A stretch of 64,000 bases of DNA from an uncultured Gammaproteobacteria bacterium. Its GTDB lineage: Bacteria > Patescibacteriota > Patescibacteriia > UBA9570 > XYC2-FULL-38-9. Below the pieces are notes generated by a model, which saw only the letters and a program-made list of their open reading frames with translations, was not told the origin of the DNA and made no database searches. This document shows, piece after piece, positions 39,075 through 48,780 of the stretch; the first letter of the stretch is position 1; every line of letters begins with the position of its first letter. The stretch covers positions 18,335 through 82,334 of the forward strand of contig CAYFNF010000001.1 of NCBI GenBank assembly GCA_964344485.1, in the 5' to 3' direction. A program made the position numbers and the translations under genes.

Positions 39075-40098
39075 TACTATGCTAGAAACAAAGAAGTACG
39101 ATAAGAAGAACGTTAAGGAGATGGTAGGCGAAATATGGCATTCTCCATTGCGCCTATATTCTCAAGCTGCAGTTCAACAAGGGTGTACAGTGGAGTACTA
39201 TCCCGGGCTAGTGATGGCACGTATGACCTGTCCGAAGAAAGAGTTTTTTATTAAAGACGCTGCGACTCCGCTGAATAACCATACTGCAGCTACTATCGCA
39301 AGCCATAAGTATGTAACTAATATATTGCTAGCAGAAGCGGGCCTTCCAGTATCAAAAGGAGCGTTGGTTAAGAAGAAGGAGTTTGTTGGGGATGAGTGGG
39401 ATATTGGCGACCTTCCGTTTCCGTTGTTAGCAAAACCAGCACACTCTTCTTTTGGTGGGGCTGGAATCCACTCCAATATTCAATCCATGGATGACTTGAA
39501 GAAGGCACTGACTGAGAGTTTTAAAAAGTACACCGCAATGCTTGTGGAGGAGTTCCATCAGAATTTGATTGACTATCGCATCTTGGTGCTAGATGGAGAA
39601 GTGCTAAGCTCTGTTAAACGTACTCCAGCAACAATATATGGAGATGGTAGTTCTACCGTACAAGCATTAGTAGATGCAAAAACAGAGGAACGAAAACGAT
39701 TGAAAACATTATCGTATCCAGTAGTAAAAATAGATGATGAAGTACTTCGTTCGCTCCAAGAGATGAACCTATCATTAGATGCTGTGCCAGAGAAGGGCCA
39801 GCGAGTGCAGCTTCGGGAACAGTGCAACTTAAATCTTGGAGGAGAAACAGAGAATGTTGATGATCAAATTTGTGAAGAGAATAAACAGATCGCGATTCGT
39901 GCTGCAGAAGTGCTAGGCCTTCGTTTGGCAGGAATGGATTTTTTATGTGAGGATATTAGCGTTCCAATGACTGAGTCGCGAGGAGTGATCGTGGAAGCAA
40001 ATCAGCACCCCGGTATTACATTAAATGCTCTTCCAACCATTGGGGAGGGTACTGATGTTGCTACGCCAATTATAAAAACGATTATAGAGACAGGGTGA
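39067..40098 (+). CDS. Stand-alone cyanophycin-synthetase G-domain-like ATP-grasp ligase (paralog 1)
   Basis: Collinear with the CphA ATP-grasp domain: LLAKP..GGAGI, DYRILVLDGEVL, GDGSSTVQALVD, NLNLGGETENV, GLRLAGMDFL, GVIVEANQHPG. Confidence 0.65.
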   Translation: MINTMLETKKYDKKNVKEMVGEIWHSPLRLYSQAAVQQGCTVEYYPGLVMARMTCPKKEFFIKDAATPLNNHTAATIASHKYVTNILLAEAGLPVSKGALVKKKEFVGDEWDIGDLPFPLLAKPAHSSFGGAGIHSNIQSMDDLKKALTESFKKYTAMLVEEFHQNLIDYRILVLDGEVLSSVKRTPATIYGDGSSTVQALVDAKTEERKRLKTLSYPVVKIDDEVLRSLQEMNLSLDAVPEKGQRVQLREQCNLNLGGETENVDDQICEENKQIAIRAAEVLGLRLAGMDFLCEDISVPMTESRGVIVEANQHPGITLNALPTIGEGTDVATPIIKTIIETG

Positions 40099-40099
40099 T

Positions 40100-41116
40100 A
40101 TGAAAAAACGAAAAATTGTAAGAGTCACCAAACAAAACATTGATACTATCATGCCGAAGAAGCTTGAGGCATTGATTATTAAAGAAGCGTATGAGATGGG
40201 GTATCGGATTGATGTATATACTGGAACAAATAACTATCGGCTCACACATAAAGATGGGCGTCAGAAATGGATTCGTGGAATTTTCTTTCCGTTGAATACG
40301 TTTTCAGGAATTGTGTTTACCAAAGACAAGTATTGGACCAACCTGCTGTTAGATCAGGAGGGCTTGCCGGTCCCTAATGGACGACGAATTTCTGCAGCAA
40401 AGATTAACGCAAAGAAGTACTCGGTCGCTGGAGTGAAATTTCCAGTAGTAGCTAAGCCGTCGTTTGGTACGGCATTTGGTAAGGGTGTTATCACTGGCAT
40501 CCCAAACAAGAAGGAGTTACATCAGCACTTGGCGCGTCTCGCCAAGCGATATAATAATGTTTTAGTTGAAGAGTATCACACGAATGTTGAGGACTACCGT
40601 GTGTTAGTGTTGGATGGAAAAGTTATTGGCGCGCTGCATCGTATCCGTCCATTTGTCACTGGCGACGGTATGCATACCATTCAAGAGTTGGTGGAACAAA
40701 AAAATAAGGAGCGAGCAGAGCGTACTGAGATGACGTATTTACCAATTCCACTGGATACAGAGCTGAAGCAGACCATACGCACTCAAGGACATACTCTTAA
40801 AAGCATTCCAAAAAAAGACGAATACGTCTTAGTTCGCAATATCTGCAATCTGTCTGCTGGAGGCGACATTGGAGACGTGACTGACACCATGCATTCGAAG
40901 AACAAAGAGATTGCAATTCGCGCTGCAGAGGTGTTGGGCCTTCGTTTGGCCGGTGTGGATATTCTCTGTAAGGATATCACTGTTCCGATTACAAAAAATG
41001 GTGGTGTAATAATAGAGGTGAATAGCTTGCCAGGATGTGCACTGCACTACTATCCAGAGTACGGCAAACCTCGAAGAGTAGCGAAAGAGATCGTTAAAGC
41101 GATTTTTTCTAAATAA
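40100..41116 (+). CDS. Stand-alone cyanophycin-synthetase G-domain-like ATP-grasp ligase (paralog 2)
   Basis: Paralog of 39067..40098 with the same motif order (VVAKPSFGTAFGKGV, DYRVLVLDGKVI, GDGMHTIQELV, NLSAGGDIGDVTD, GLRLAGVDIL, GVIIEVNSLPG). Confidence 0.65.
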   Translation: MKKRKIVRVTKQNIDTIMPKKLEALIIKEAYEMGYRIDVYTGTNNYRLTHKDGRQKWIRGIFFPLNTFSGIVFTKDKYWTNLLLDQEGLPVPNGRRISAAKINAKKYSVAGVKFPVVAKPSFGTAFGKGVITGIPNKKELHQHLARLAKRYNNVLVEEYHTNVEDYRVLVLDGKVIGALHRIRPFVTGDGMHTIQELVEQKNKERAERTEMTYLPIPLDTELKQTIRTQGHTLKSIPKKDEYVLVRNICNLSAGGDIGDVTDTMHSKNKEIAIRAAEVLGLRLAGVDILCKDITVPITKNGGVIIEVNSLPGCALHYYPEYGKPRRVAKEIVKAIFSK

Positions 41117-41122
41117 TTGTCA

Positions 41123-41151
41123 TTGACATAACCGGTAAATACACGTACTCT
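41123..41151 (+). promoter_or_regulatory. Sigma70-like promoter TTGACA-N17-TACTCT with a very short leader upstream of xseB
   Basis: Read directly; the -10 ends ~10 nt before the ATG at 41162. Confidence 0.4.
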
Positions 41152-41161
41152 AGTATTAAAT

Positions 41162-41407
41162 ATGGCTAAAAAACAGGGAAAAAAACGAACAACTGCTGGA
41201 GCAAAGTCATCCAAGACGTTTGCAAACCGCTTTGAAGAGTTGGAAAAGATTGTTGAGTCTTTTGACTCCGAAGAGCTGGATGTAGATGCAAGCGTTAAGC
41301 AATTCGAAAAGGGCTTGAAGCTTGCAGAAGAGTTAAAAGAAACATTAGAATCCGTAGAGAATAAGATTGAAACTCTGAAGAAGAAATATCACGTGGAGGA
41401 AGAATAA
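41162..41407 (+). CDS. xseB: Exodeoxyribonuclease VII small subunit
   Basis: 81 aa; FEELEKIVESF..FEKGLKLAEEL matches the XseB helical core. Confidence 0.75.
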   Translation: MAKKQGKKRTTAGAKSSKTFANRFEELEKIVESFDSEELDVDASVKQFEKGLKLAEELKETLESVENKIETLKKKYHVEEE

Positions 41408-41421
41408 GTAACAACACCCCC

Positions 41422-42270
41422 ATGCGATTTTTTTGTATTACCAGTCCAGCGCAACAGCAGTCGAACGACTTGCTGAAACAAGCGTGTGATGCACGCTCAT
41501 TTGAGTATATTGAGGTGGATGTAGAAGGATTTGATTATTCCGAGCAACTCATTGTTGATGCTCGAGATATTTTGTATAACACTATTGGTTTTGGGAAGTC
41601 TCGGGAGATAGAGAAGTTCTTTATACAGAGAGGAGTGAACAGTTTTTTTGCATATAGTAAGCGACCGTACGCAGTGTATTCTCAATTACATTTGTTTGCA
41701 GCTTCTGGGATTCCAATACCAGAGACCATATTTCATCTCACCAAGGATCGAAAGCGGTTACAAGCGTACGTTGAGAAGCTCAGTGGCTTTCCAGTGATTA
41801 TCAAGCGATCTTCAGGTGGTAGTCACGGTGTAGGTGTGATGAAAGTAGAGTCAAATGATGCGTTATTTTCTGTTGTAGACTATCTCCTGTCTTCTACGAA
41901 AGACATCTTTGTATTGCAGCAGTATATTCCAGCAAAGACATCCGCGCGATTGATTGTACTGAAAGACAAGGTGATAGACAGCATCGAATACCAAGCGCCA
42001 GATGATGACTTTCGATCAAACGAAGGTAAGAAACCGACCGTGGCTGCTAAAGAATTCCCTAAACAGTATCAAGACATTGCAGTGCAAGCAGTGCAAGCCA
42101 TGGATGTGGAGTTTGGTGGAGTGGATATCCTTACGCACGACAATAAGCTCTATGTTACTGAAGTGAATTTTCCATGTTTCTTTCCACGTGCGCAGTTAAC
42201 GACTGGTGTAGATATCGCAGGAATGATGTTAGATCACCTACAGAGTAAGACTCCGCCAGATGATAGATGA
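41422..42270 (+). CDS. RimK/GshB-like ATP-grasp ligase
   Basis: FPVIIKRSSGGSHGVGV and GGVDILTHDNKLYVTEVNFPCFF. Confidence 0.6.
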   Translation: MRFFCITSPAQQQSNDLLKQACDARSFEYIEVDVEGFDYSEQLIVDARDILYNTIGFGKSREIEKFFIQRGVNSFFAYSKRPYAVYSQLHLFAASGIPIPETIFHLTKDRKRLQAYVEKLSGFPVIIKRSSGGSHGVGVMKVESNDALFSVVDYLLSSTKDIFVLQQYIPAKTSARLIVLKDKVIDSIEYQAPDDDFRSNEGKKPTVAAKEFPKQYQDIAVQAVQAMDVEFGGVDILTHDNKLYVTEVNFPCFFPRAQLTTGVDIAGMMLDHLQSKTPPDDR

Positions 42271-43543
42271 GGAGTATAAGAAAATTGTTATTACCGGCAC
42301 CAAAGGCAAGACCACGATTGTCCGGTTGCTTGATCATGTGCTACTGGAGCTAGGGTTCCACACGTTGAGAGTGGATACTGACGGGCACTTTAAGGACGGA
42401 AAGCAACGTAGTTCTTATGAAGAGTCGCGAAAGTATTGGGGTATGGTGCCGAACGTCTGCCCAGGACGTTACCTCTATGATTTGGAGGGATTGCCAGTGA
42501 ATAGAACTGTAGTATTGCTAGAAGCAGCAATTGGATCCTCTTCATTGCGTGGTCTCGGGTATTCGTATCATCAAATTGGGGTGTTTACGAATGTATTTGA
42601 GGATCATATTACAAAGGTGCGAATCAAGAATAGAAAAGACATTTACGACGCAAAACGGTTTGCATTTACACGACTCAGAAAGGACGGGCAGTTTATTTAC
42701 AATTCCAGTGATTCGTTTTTGGCAAAACAGTTACAGCAAGAAATCATTGGCCGTCGAATGATAGCAGTAGGGGAGGAATTGAAATATGTACAACCGCAGT
42801 CGTTCTTTAAAGGCGGCAATGTTCATTTTTTAATTGAAGGATCACGCATTTTCTACATGACTGCAAAAACAAAGCGACTGCTCGTAGACACTGCTACTAT
42901 TCCATTGTCGTTTAACGGAATGTTTGTACCGAATAACTACAACATCGCGTTCGCATTAGGAGTGTTGTATGCGCATTTTGGGTCTACACAGTTCTTTAGA
43001 AAATTACATAAAATTCGAGCAGCGTTAGAATCTTATACGTTGGACACTGCCGGTGGAAGACTGTTGTTATTACAGTCCAAGAATAAAGACCTGTCTGTAT
43101 TAATTGATTTTGCGCATGAAGCGCGATCATTACGGGAAGTGGGTAAACTGGCAAAGAAGCTGAGTAGCAACAGAGTCATTGGAGTATTACGGCTCGATCC
43201 ATCTCGAACAAACAAGGAGATTCAGCAAGCTGCACGTGCAATCAAAACTGCGTATGATGAGATTATTATCTACGATAAGGTAGACGGCGTACAGCAAAAA
43301 AAGAGCAGAACTGTTGCCGAGGGGAAGCGCAGAACCGTTGGTCAGACCGCGCGTCTATTTGTACGAGAGCTAAAGCGTGCAGGGCACAAGAATGTGCAAA
43401 TGGAGTTACGCGAGCAACGTGCATTTAACAGCGCAGTACAGCAAGCCGAACCCGGAGACGTAATAGTGTATATTGGTCGCGGAGAGGATCACAGGAAAAC
43501 GTACGATGTTGTTAAGAAGAAGCTTAGGAGCATTCGATCATGA
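42260..43543 (+). CDS. Mur-ligase-family amide ligase (CphA M-domain / PgsB-like), stand-alone
   Basis: ITGTKGKTT P-loop of the Mur-ligase central domain at the N-terminus; overlaps the upstream gene. Confidence 0.6.
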   Translation: MIDEEYKKIVITGTKGKTTIVRLLDHVLLELGFHTLRVDTDGHFKDGKQRSSYEESRKYWGMVPNVCPGRYLYDLEGLPVNRTVVLLEAAIGSSSLRGLGYSYHQIGVFTNVFEDHITKVRIKNRKDIYDAKRFAFTRLRKDGQFIYNSSDSFLAKQLQQEIIGRRMIAVGEELKYVQPQSFFKGGNVHFLIEGSRIFYMTAKTKRLLVDTATIPLSFNGMFVPNNYNIAFALGVLYAHFGSTQFFRKLHKIRAALESYTLDTAGGRLLLLQSKNKDLSVLIDFAHEARSLREVGKLAKKLSSNRVIGVLRLDPSRTNKEIQQAARAIKTAYDEIIIYDKVDGVQQKKSRTVAEGKRRTVGQTARLFVRELKRAGHKNVQMELREQRAFNSAVQQAEPGDVIVYIGRGEDHRKTYDVVKKKLRSIRS

Positions 43544-44499
43544 TAAAAGCTTGCGTACTCATCGGACTAGGCTGTGGACGCCGAAATCATCCCTTCGTAA
43601 AAGGGAGTATTTATGAAGGAGCGTATAGAGTATTATCACAACAAGCTGAGGAGCAGGGGGTGCAGTTCTATCGATGCAAGAATAAATCATTTAGTTTTAC
43701 AACTGGCCGTTTTTCTAGTGGATGGACATTGAGAAATAATAAATGGGTTCGTGTGAAAAATATTAAACCAGATGTGTTACTGGATAAATCAACAGCTATT
43801 TATCGGTCCGAGACGTTTCGTCATAAAGTGAGGATGTCAACCTATGCGCCAATCGTGAATTCGTTAGACTTTACTATGCTATTTGGAAGTAAGATGTTTA
43901 CGTACACAATATTCAGTAAGTTTATGAAAAAAAGCATTCGCGTAACGAATGCGTCAGAATTGCGGGATGCGGCGAAACAGTTAAAGACCAATCGTATAGT
44001 GGTAAAGCCGGTGTACGGGTCTTCTGGAAAGGATATTTCAATAGTGACTAAGGATAAAATTCGCACTGTCCAAATTAATCGCCCCATGATCGCACAGGAG
44101 TTTATCGATAGTTCAAAAGGCATTAAGGGGCTGACAGATACTGTTCATGATCTTCGTTTAGTATTTGAAAGTGATTCATTCATTTATAGTTATATCCGTA
44201 CGCCAGTGAAAGGCTCGCTATTAGCAAATGTCGCCCAAGGAGGATCTATGAAGATAGTGACTAAGAAAGAGATGCCGAAAAAAGTATGGGATATCATTAA
44301 GGAAGTTCATGCGTCATTACGACCGTATTTTCCAGGTATCTATACTATAGATCTTATGTTTGATAAACAGCAGCAACCATGGATCGTCGAGTTAAATACC
44401 ATGCCGGGTATCTATTTTTATGAGGATCAAAAGAAATGGCAAGATCGGTTTTATGCAGCACAGATAAAGATATTAAAGAATGCAGTAAATAAGAGATAG
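43540..44499 (+). CDS. ATP-grasp protein (YheC/YheD- or TTL-like), paralog 1
   Basis: IVVKPVYGSSGKDISIV and LANVAQGGS motifs. Confidence 0.45.
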   Translation: MIKACVLIGLGCGRRNHPFVKGSIYEGAYRVLSQQAEEQGVQFYRCKNKSFSFTTGRFSSGWTLRNNKWVRVKNIKPDVLLDKSTAIYRSETFRHKVRMSTYAPIVNSLDFTMLFGSKMFTYTIFSKFMKKSIRVTNASELRDAAKQLKTNRIVVKPVYGSSGKDISIVTKDKIRTVQINRPMIAQEFIDSSKGIKGLTDTVHDLRLVFESDSFIYSYIRTPVKGSLLANVAQGGSMKIVTKKEMPKKVWDIIKEVHASLRPYFPGIYTIDLMFDKQQQPWIVELNTMPGIYFYEDQKKWQDRFYAAQIKILKNAVNKR

Positions 44500-44500
44500 A

Positions 44501-45451
44501 ATGAAAGAACAAATCATCGGGTTTATTTATAACGATTCGGATTGGGAGCGGACTGTACCGTTTCAAAAGCCCGCGATGCGGGAGTCATATGAGCGCATGT
44601 ACGATCGCGCGGTACAGAAATACGGCATGCGGATCTACCGTATGAGTAAGGAATGGTATAAGGACGGCGCGTTTCATCGTGCATGGACATGGAAAGACGG
44701 GAAATGGATAAAAGTGCGACAACGCATCAAGGCAGACATCTACTATGACAAGATGTCCACTACGTATCAAAGCATGTCTTTTCAGCAGCAGTTCTATCAA
44801 GAGAATCGCGTGGTGAATGCGCCAGAGTTTGATTTAGTTGCTTCAGATAAGTTATTAACCTATCTTGCGTGCGGTGATATCATGACCAAGACCTACGTTG
44901 TGAACTCTACAGTTGATTTAAAGAATGCACTTGCGAAGATATCAACAAAGAAAGCAGTATTGAAACCACGGCTTGGGTATGGGGGCGCTGGTATTCAGAT
45001 AACTAGCAAAGCACAGTTACTAAAGAAGCGAGTCTCTGGGAGCTATATAGTGCAACCGTATGTCGACACATCAGGTGGCGTGCCAGGGTTGTTTAAGGGA
45101 ACGCATGATTTTCGGGTGATATTAGCAAACGATAAGCCAGTCATGGCGTATATCCGCACTCCAGCGCCAGGTACTGAGTTGTGCAACATCTCTTTAGGAG
45201 GAGGGATCTGTTTTGTGCCAGTATCTAAGATGCCAAAGACAGTAAAGCCATTACTACGGAGAATGTCAGAAGCGTTTGCGGTCTTTCCGCAGAAGTTTTA
45301 CGGAGCAGATTTTTACTTTCAGAACGGTAAACCACAGTTAGTAGAGATAAATACTAAACCGAACATGGTCTATTTCTTGGATAACTTACAGCAAGAGGCC
45401 AAGATGCACGACAACGTACTGTCATATATGCAGTCAATTATTCAATCATGA
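44501..45451 (+). CDS. ATP-grasp protein (YheC/YheD- or TTL-like), paralog 2
   Basis: Paralog of 43540..44499 (VLKPRLGYGGAGIQIT, NISLGGG). Confidence 0.45.
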   Translation: MKEQIIGFIYNDSDWERTVPFQKPAMRESYERMYDRAVQKYGMRIYRMSKEWYKDGAFHRAWTWKDGKWIKVRQRIKADIYYDKMSTTYQSMSFQQQFYQENRVVNAPEFDLVASDKLLTYLACGDIMTKTYVVNSTVDLKNALAKISTKKAVLKPRLGYGGAGIQITSKAQLLKKRVSGSYIVQPYVDTSGGVPGLFKGTHDFRVILANDKPVMAYIRTPAPGTELCNISLGGGICFVPVSKMPKTVKPLLRRMSEAFAVFPQKFYGADFYFQNGKPQLVEINTKPNMVYFLDNLQQEAKMHDNVLSYMQSIIQS

Positions 45452-46275
45452 GAAAGTTTTTCGCATTCATTGTTGGTTTCATAGTGAGTTTCATCTGCTG
45501 CTGTATTGTGTTTATGATTGCGGTATATATTACTGCTCCATCGCACTATAATGTGCTGTTTGTTGGGTCTGATCAACGCGAGAATGAGCGAGCACGATCT
45601 GATGTCCTATTTGTGGTGTCGCTTCCAAAAAGCGGCGATGAACAGCCGTTCTTTTTAACTATCCCGCGTGATACTAAGATTGAACACGATGAATGGGGAT
45701 TGCAGAAGATTACGCACTTCTACGCGCTTGGTGAGCGGCCAGACGATGGAAAGCTACTTGGTAATATTGACTTAGTAGAAAGCGTGGTGGAAGAGCTACT
45801 CGACATCAAGATCCATGCGACCGCAGAGGTAACGTTTACCAGTTTTGAAGAGATTATAGATGAGCTGGGTGGCGCTGTTCTAGATGGACAGGTGATCTCT
45901 GGCCAAGAAGCGCTTGATGTGGTGCGTGATCGTTTTACCGAAGGTCGATCGGATTTCGACCGGCAAGCAGATGCGCGAGAGATCCTTCGTTCATTGATGA
46001 CAAAAGTGAAGAGTCCTTCTACTGTAAAAACAGTACTGCAGTACTTTAATGATGCGACGTATGCACGCGTGGACTACGGCAAGATGAAAGCAGTCCACTT
46101 TTTAATCGGAGCTGGCATCTCTCGTAAAGGAGATGTGAGAATCGGGGAGATGGAGGAAGAAGCGTTGCCAGGGCAGAGTGACCGGATCTACACTCCGGCA
46201 TTCGGCAAAGAACTGTACTACTGGGTCCCCGACCAAGAAGCGTTAGAAGAGATTATTGATAATCACTTTAAATAA
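45448..46275 (+). CDS. LytR-CpsA-Psr (LCP) family polymer-to-peptidoglycan transferase
   Basis: N-terminal TM anchor, RSDVLFVVS and IPRDT motifs. Confidence 0.7.
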   Translation: MRKFFAFIVGFIVSFICCCIVFMIAVYITAPSHYNVLFVGSDQRENERARSDVLFVVSLPKSGDEQPFFLTIPRDTKIEHDEWGLQKITHFYALGERPDDGKLLGNIDLVESVVEELLDIKIHATAEVTFTSFEEIIDELGGAVLDGQVISGQEALDVVRDRFTEGRSDFDRQADAREILRSLMTKVKSPSTVKTVLQYFNDATYARVDYGKMKAVHFLIGAGISRKGDVRIGEMEEEALPGQSDRIYTPAFGKELYYWVPDQEALEEIIDNHFK

Positions 46276-47036
46276 TGTTTTCCGCCTCCCCATTCAAGTT
46301 ACGCATGTTTGAGACCTGCCCTCGGCAGTACAAGTTTACGTATGTTGATGACTTGGCAAAAGAGTATAAAAAGCCTAAGCCGTACTTGACCATGGGGGCG
46401 CACGTGCATAATGCGTTGAAGGATTTCTATGAACAGTTAGATCTAGAGAGCCGCACGTATGAGGAGCTAGAAAAAATTCTGCGCCGACGATGGACCGAGA
46501 ATAGGAAGGGATTCAGTGACAAGGATGATGAAGCAAAGTGGGGCACCAAGGCACTGAACATGTTGCGGCTGTTTGTGCATCGCATGGATGTCTCTGTTGA
46601 CCCAGCCATGCTCGAAGACTACTACGATGTGGAGCTAGATGAGAGCTTGAAGTTAATTGGACGTATTGACCGTGCGGATGAGTTAGAAGACGGTTCACTC
46701 CATGTGATTGATTATAAAACTGGAAAGTTTGATCCGGAGGACGTCTCTGACCTGCAGTTGATCTTGTATGCGTTAATTGTCTCTGCGAATCAGAAGAAGC
46801 CGGTGACCAAGGCGAGTTATTTATATCTGCAGACCTGGGACTGGCATACGATTGATGTAGGGCAAGACGAAGCCGAGCATGCAGTAGAGATGGTGAAAGA
46901 ACAGGTAGAGAAGATCAAGCAAGAGAGCGAGTTTGCTCCACAAGTGAACAAGTACTGCAAGAACTGTGATTACTTAAGTATCTGCCCAGCTAAGGATCAA
47001 GTAGAAATTGGAATCAGCTCAGAAGAATCAGAGTAA
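46275..47036 (+). CDS. PD-(D/E)XK nuclease (Cas4/RecB-like, with Fe-S Cys cluster)
   Basis: IDRADE...VIDYKTGK nuclease core; one N-terminal Cys (ETCPRQ) plus C-terminal CKNCDYLSIC. Confidence 0.6.
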   Translation: MFSASPFKLRMFETCPRQYKFTYVDDLAKEYKKPKPYLTMGAHVHNALKDFYEQLDLESRTYEELEKILRRRWTENRKGFSDKDDEAKWGTKALNMLRLFVHRMDVSVDPAMLEDYYDVELDESLKLIGRIDRADELEDGSLHVIDYKTGKFDPEDVSDLQLILYALIVSANQKKPVTKASYLYLQTWDWHTIDVGQDEAEHAVEMVKEQVEKIKQESEFAPQVNKYCKNCDYLSICPAKDQVEIGISSEESE

Positions 47037-47042
47037 ATCAAA

Positions 47043-47071
47043 ACACCCCAGCTGAAGTTACCGGGGTGTTT
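47043..47071. terminator. Bidirectional intrinsic terminator (CACCCC..GGGGTG hairpin between A and T runs)
   Basis: Lies between convergent genes. Confidence 0.55.
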
Positions 47072-47082
47072 TATTGTATATC

Positions 47083-48654
47083 TTACTTAAATAGGTTTTC
47101 TTTTTGACCGAGGATTACTTTTACGGTTCCTTGTTCTGAAACCACATTATAATCTGATAACACAACAAAGTACCACTCCTGATCGTATCGGTGTTTTGCA
47201 ATGTGGTTCATGTATGTGTAGTTATTTGATGCATCTAACACACCGTATGGAGTCTCCTCTCCAACTTCCCATGCGTAGATCTTGGAATCATCTAAGGTTT
47301 CTCGATCACGCATCTGAGTGTAGTAGTCTGATCCATCTTCTGAGCGTGTAGAGTCCAACAGCCAGCTGAAGCGTACATCGTCGTATGATTTTTTAAGCCA
47401 CGTCACTTCAGCGTCCCACTCTTTTGTGTCTGGGCGATAGAACGCATCGTACCACCGGTCTCCGTATTTACAGATAATTTGGATAGTTCCGTCTTTATAC
47501 GTATAAATATCTTGCACTCCAGCTTTTCCGCCAAAAGAACCTTTCTCTTGCCACCCAGTGCTGCCCTTCCACATCTTGTAATACGTCTTATTCTTTCCCT
47601 TATGCCAAGAGACAATATATTGCCCTTTTCCGTAGTCATTATATGCCACTGCATATCTTCCGGACCGAAATCCTTTCTTCTTTGCAATCCGCTCCGGTGT
47701 GGTTGCGGTTTTTTCAGAAATATTCACTATAGCGCTTCGTACATATCCTTTTCGTTTGAATAGAATATGAATAGAATCTGTATCTCCCCAACGAGCATCA
47801 AGTACTGTTGTTTTCTTCTTGCCAGAAATGGTTGCAACAGACGACTTTTCTCCTTCATATGTTTTTGTCACTACAACGTCATTATCAGCTACACCAACGA
47901 AATAGATACCAGAGCCCGCACCAACAGAACCGTTTTCTGAAGTTGACGGTAAAACGAAAAAGTTTTTTTCAGGGTCTACCTTTTTTTCTCCGAGAGTGAC
48001 GAGCGAGAAATCGCTACTTGTATCGATCATCCAATCAATCGTGTGAAGTTTGCCGTCTTCTCGCCATACCACCCAATAGGAGTTGCTTCCAGTTTGAGAG
48101 CGCGGGAATATCTTGAAATAAGCATCATCAGCGTTGTCTACTATTAAGTTTAGGTCTGTGCCCCAGATACTATCATCCCCTCCAAAGAAAAGTGAGTCAC
48201 GCAGGGTGACGCTCTCAGCACCACCCCGTCCAATATTGTTCGCTTCATAGCTGATGCCAACCAGATTGTCATCTGCGTCAAAGTGTTTTGCCATGAAGCT
48301 TACTGTCCAGTTTGTGCGTAGAGCAACAATGTCGATGTTATATGCCTTCACTGTCTCTGCACCTTCGATTGGGTCCGTAGTAATGGAAGCAGAGTTCCAT
48401 GAATCGGTGTTGTTCGAATAGACGTAGACTTTTACAGTATTTTGATCTGTTGCGAGATGAGCGAGCGCCATCTCACCACCATTCTTTTTAATTCGTGCAT
48501 CGGAAGCGAACCACGCACCTGACTCATCTGCTATAGCATCCATGGAGTGGGTGAGGTTTAGGTCTTCGGTGACAGTCGTGGTTTTTGCTTCCGCGGTACT
48601 GACGAATAAGAAAACAGCCAGTACACTTACTAAGAACCAGCTTTTTTTCATCAT
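47083..48654 (-). CDS. Secreted protein, unknown function
   Basis: Signal peptide MMKKSWFLVSVLAVFLFVSTAEA at the chosen start; ~520 aa rich in W/Y/G/D. Confidence 0.45.
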   Translation of the reverse strand: MMKKSWFLVSVLAVFLFVSTAEAKTTTVTEDLNLTHSMDAIADESGAWFASDARIKKNGGEMALAHLATDQNTVKVYVYSNNTDSWNSASITTDPIEGAETVKAYNIDIVALRTNWTVSFMAKHFDADDNLVGISYEANNIGRGGAESVTLRDSLFFGGDDSIWGTDLNLIVDNADDAYFKIFPRSQTGSNSYWVVWREDGKLHTIDWMIDTSSDFSLVTLGEKKVDPEKNFFVLPSTSENGSVGAGSGIYFVGVADNDVVVTKTYEGEKSSVATISGKKKTTVLDARWGDTDSIHILFKRKGYVRSAIVNISEKTATTPERIAKKKGFRSGRYAVAYNDYGKGQYIVSWHKGKNKTYYKMWKGSTGWQEKGSFGGKAGVQDIYTYKDGTIQIICKYGDRWYDAFYRPDTKEWDAEVTWLKKSYDDVRFSWLLDSTRSEDGSDYYTQMRDRETLDDSKIYAWEVGEETPYGVLDASNNYTYMNHIAKHRYDQEWYFVVLSDYNVVSEQGTVKVILGQKENLFK

Positions 48655-48780
48655 ACTTCGTATATTAATAGTATTCCTTATATAGATTATACAAACATGA
48701 AGTGCAATATTTGTAAATATGTCTTTATGGGCAGCATGTGATCCTTGCTGGACACCGGTATACATAGTAGTATTACTCAT

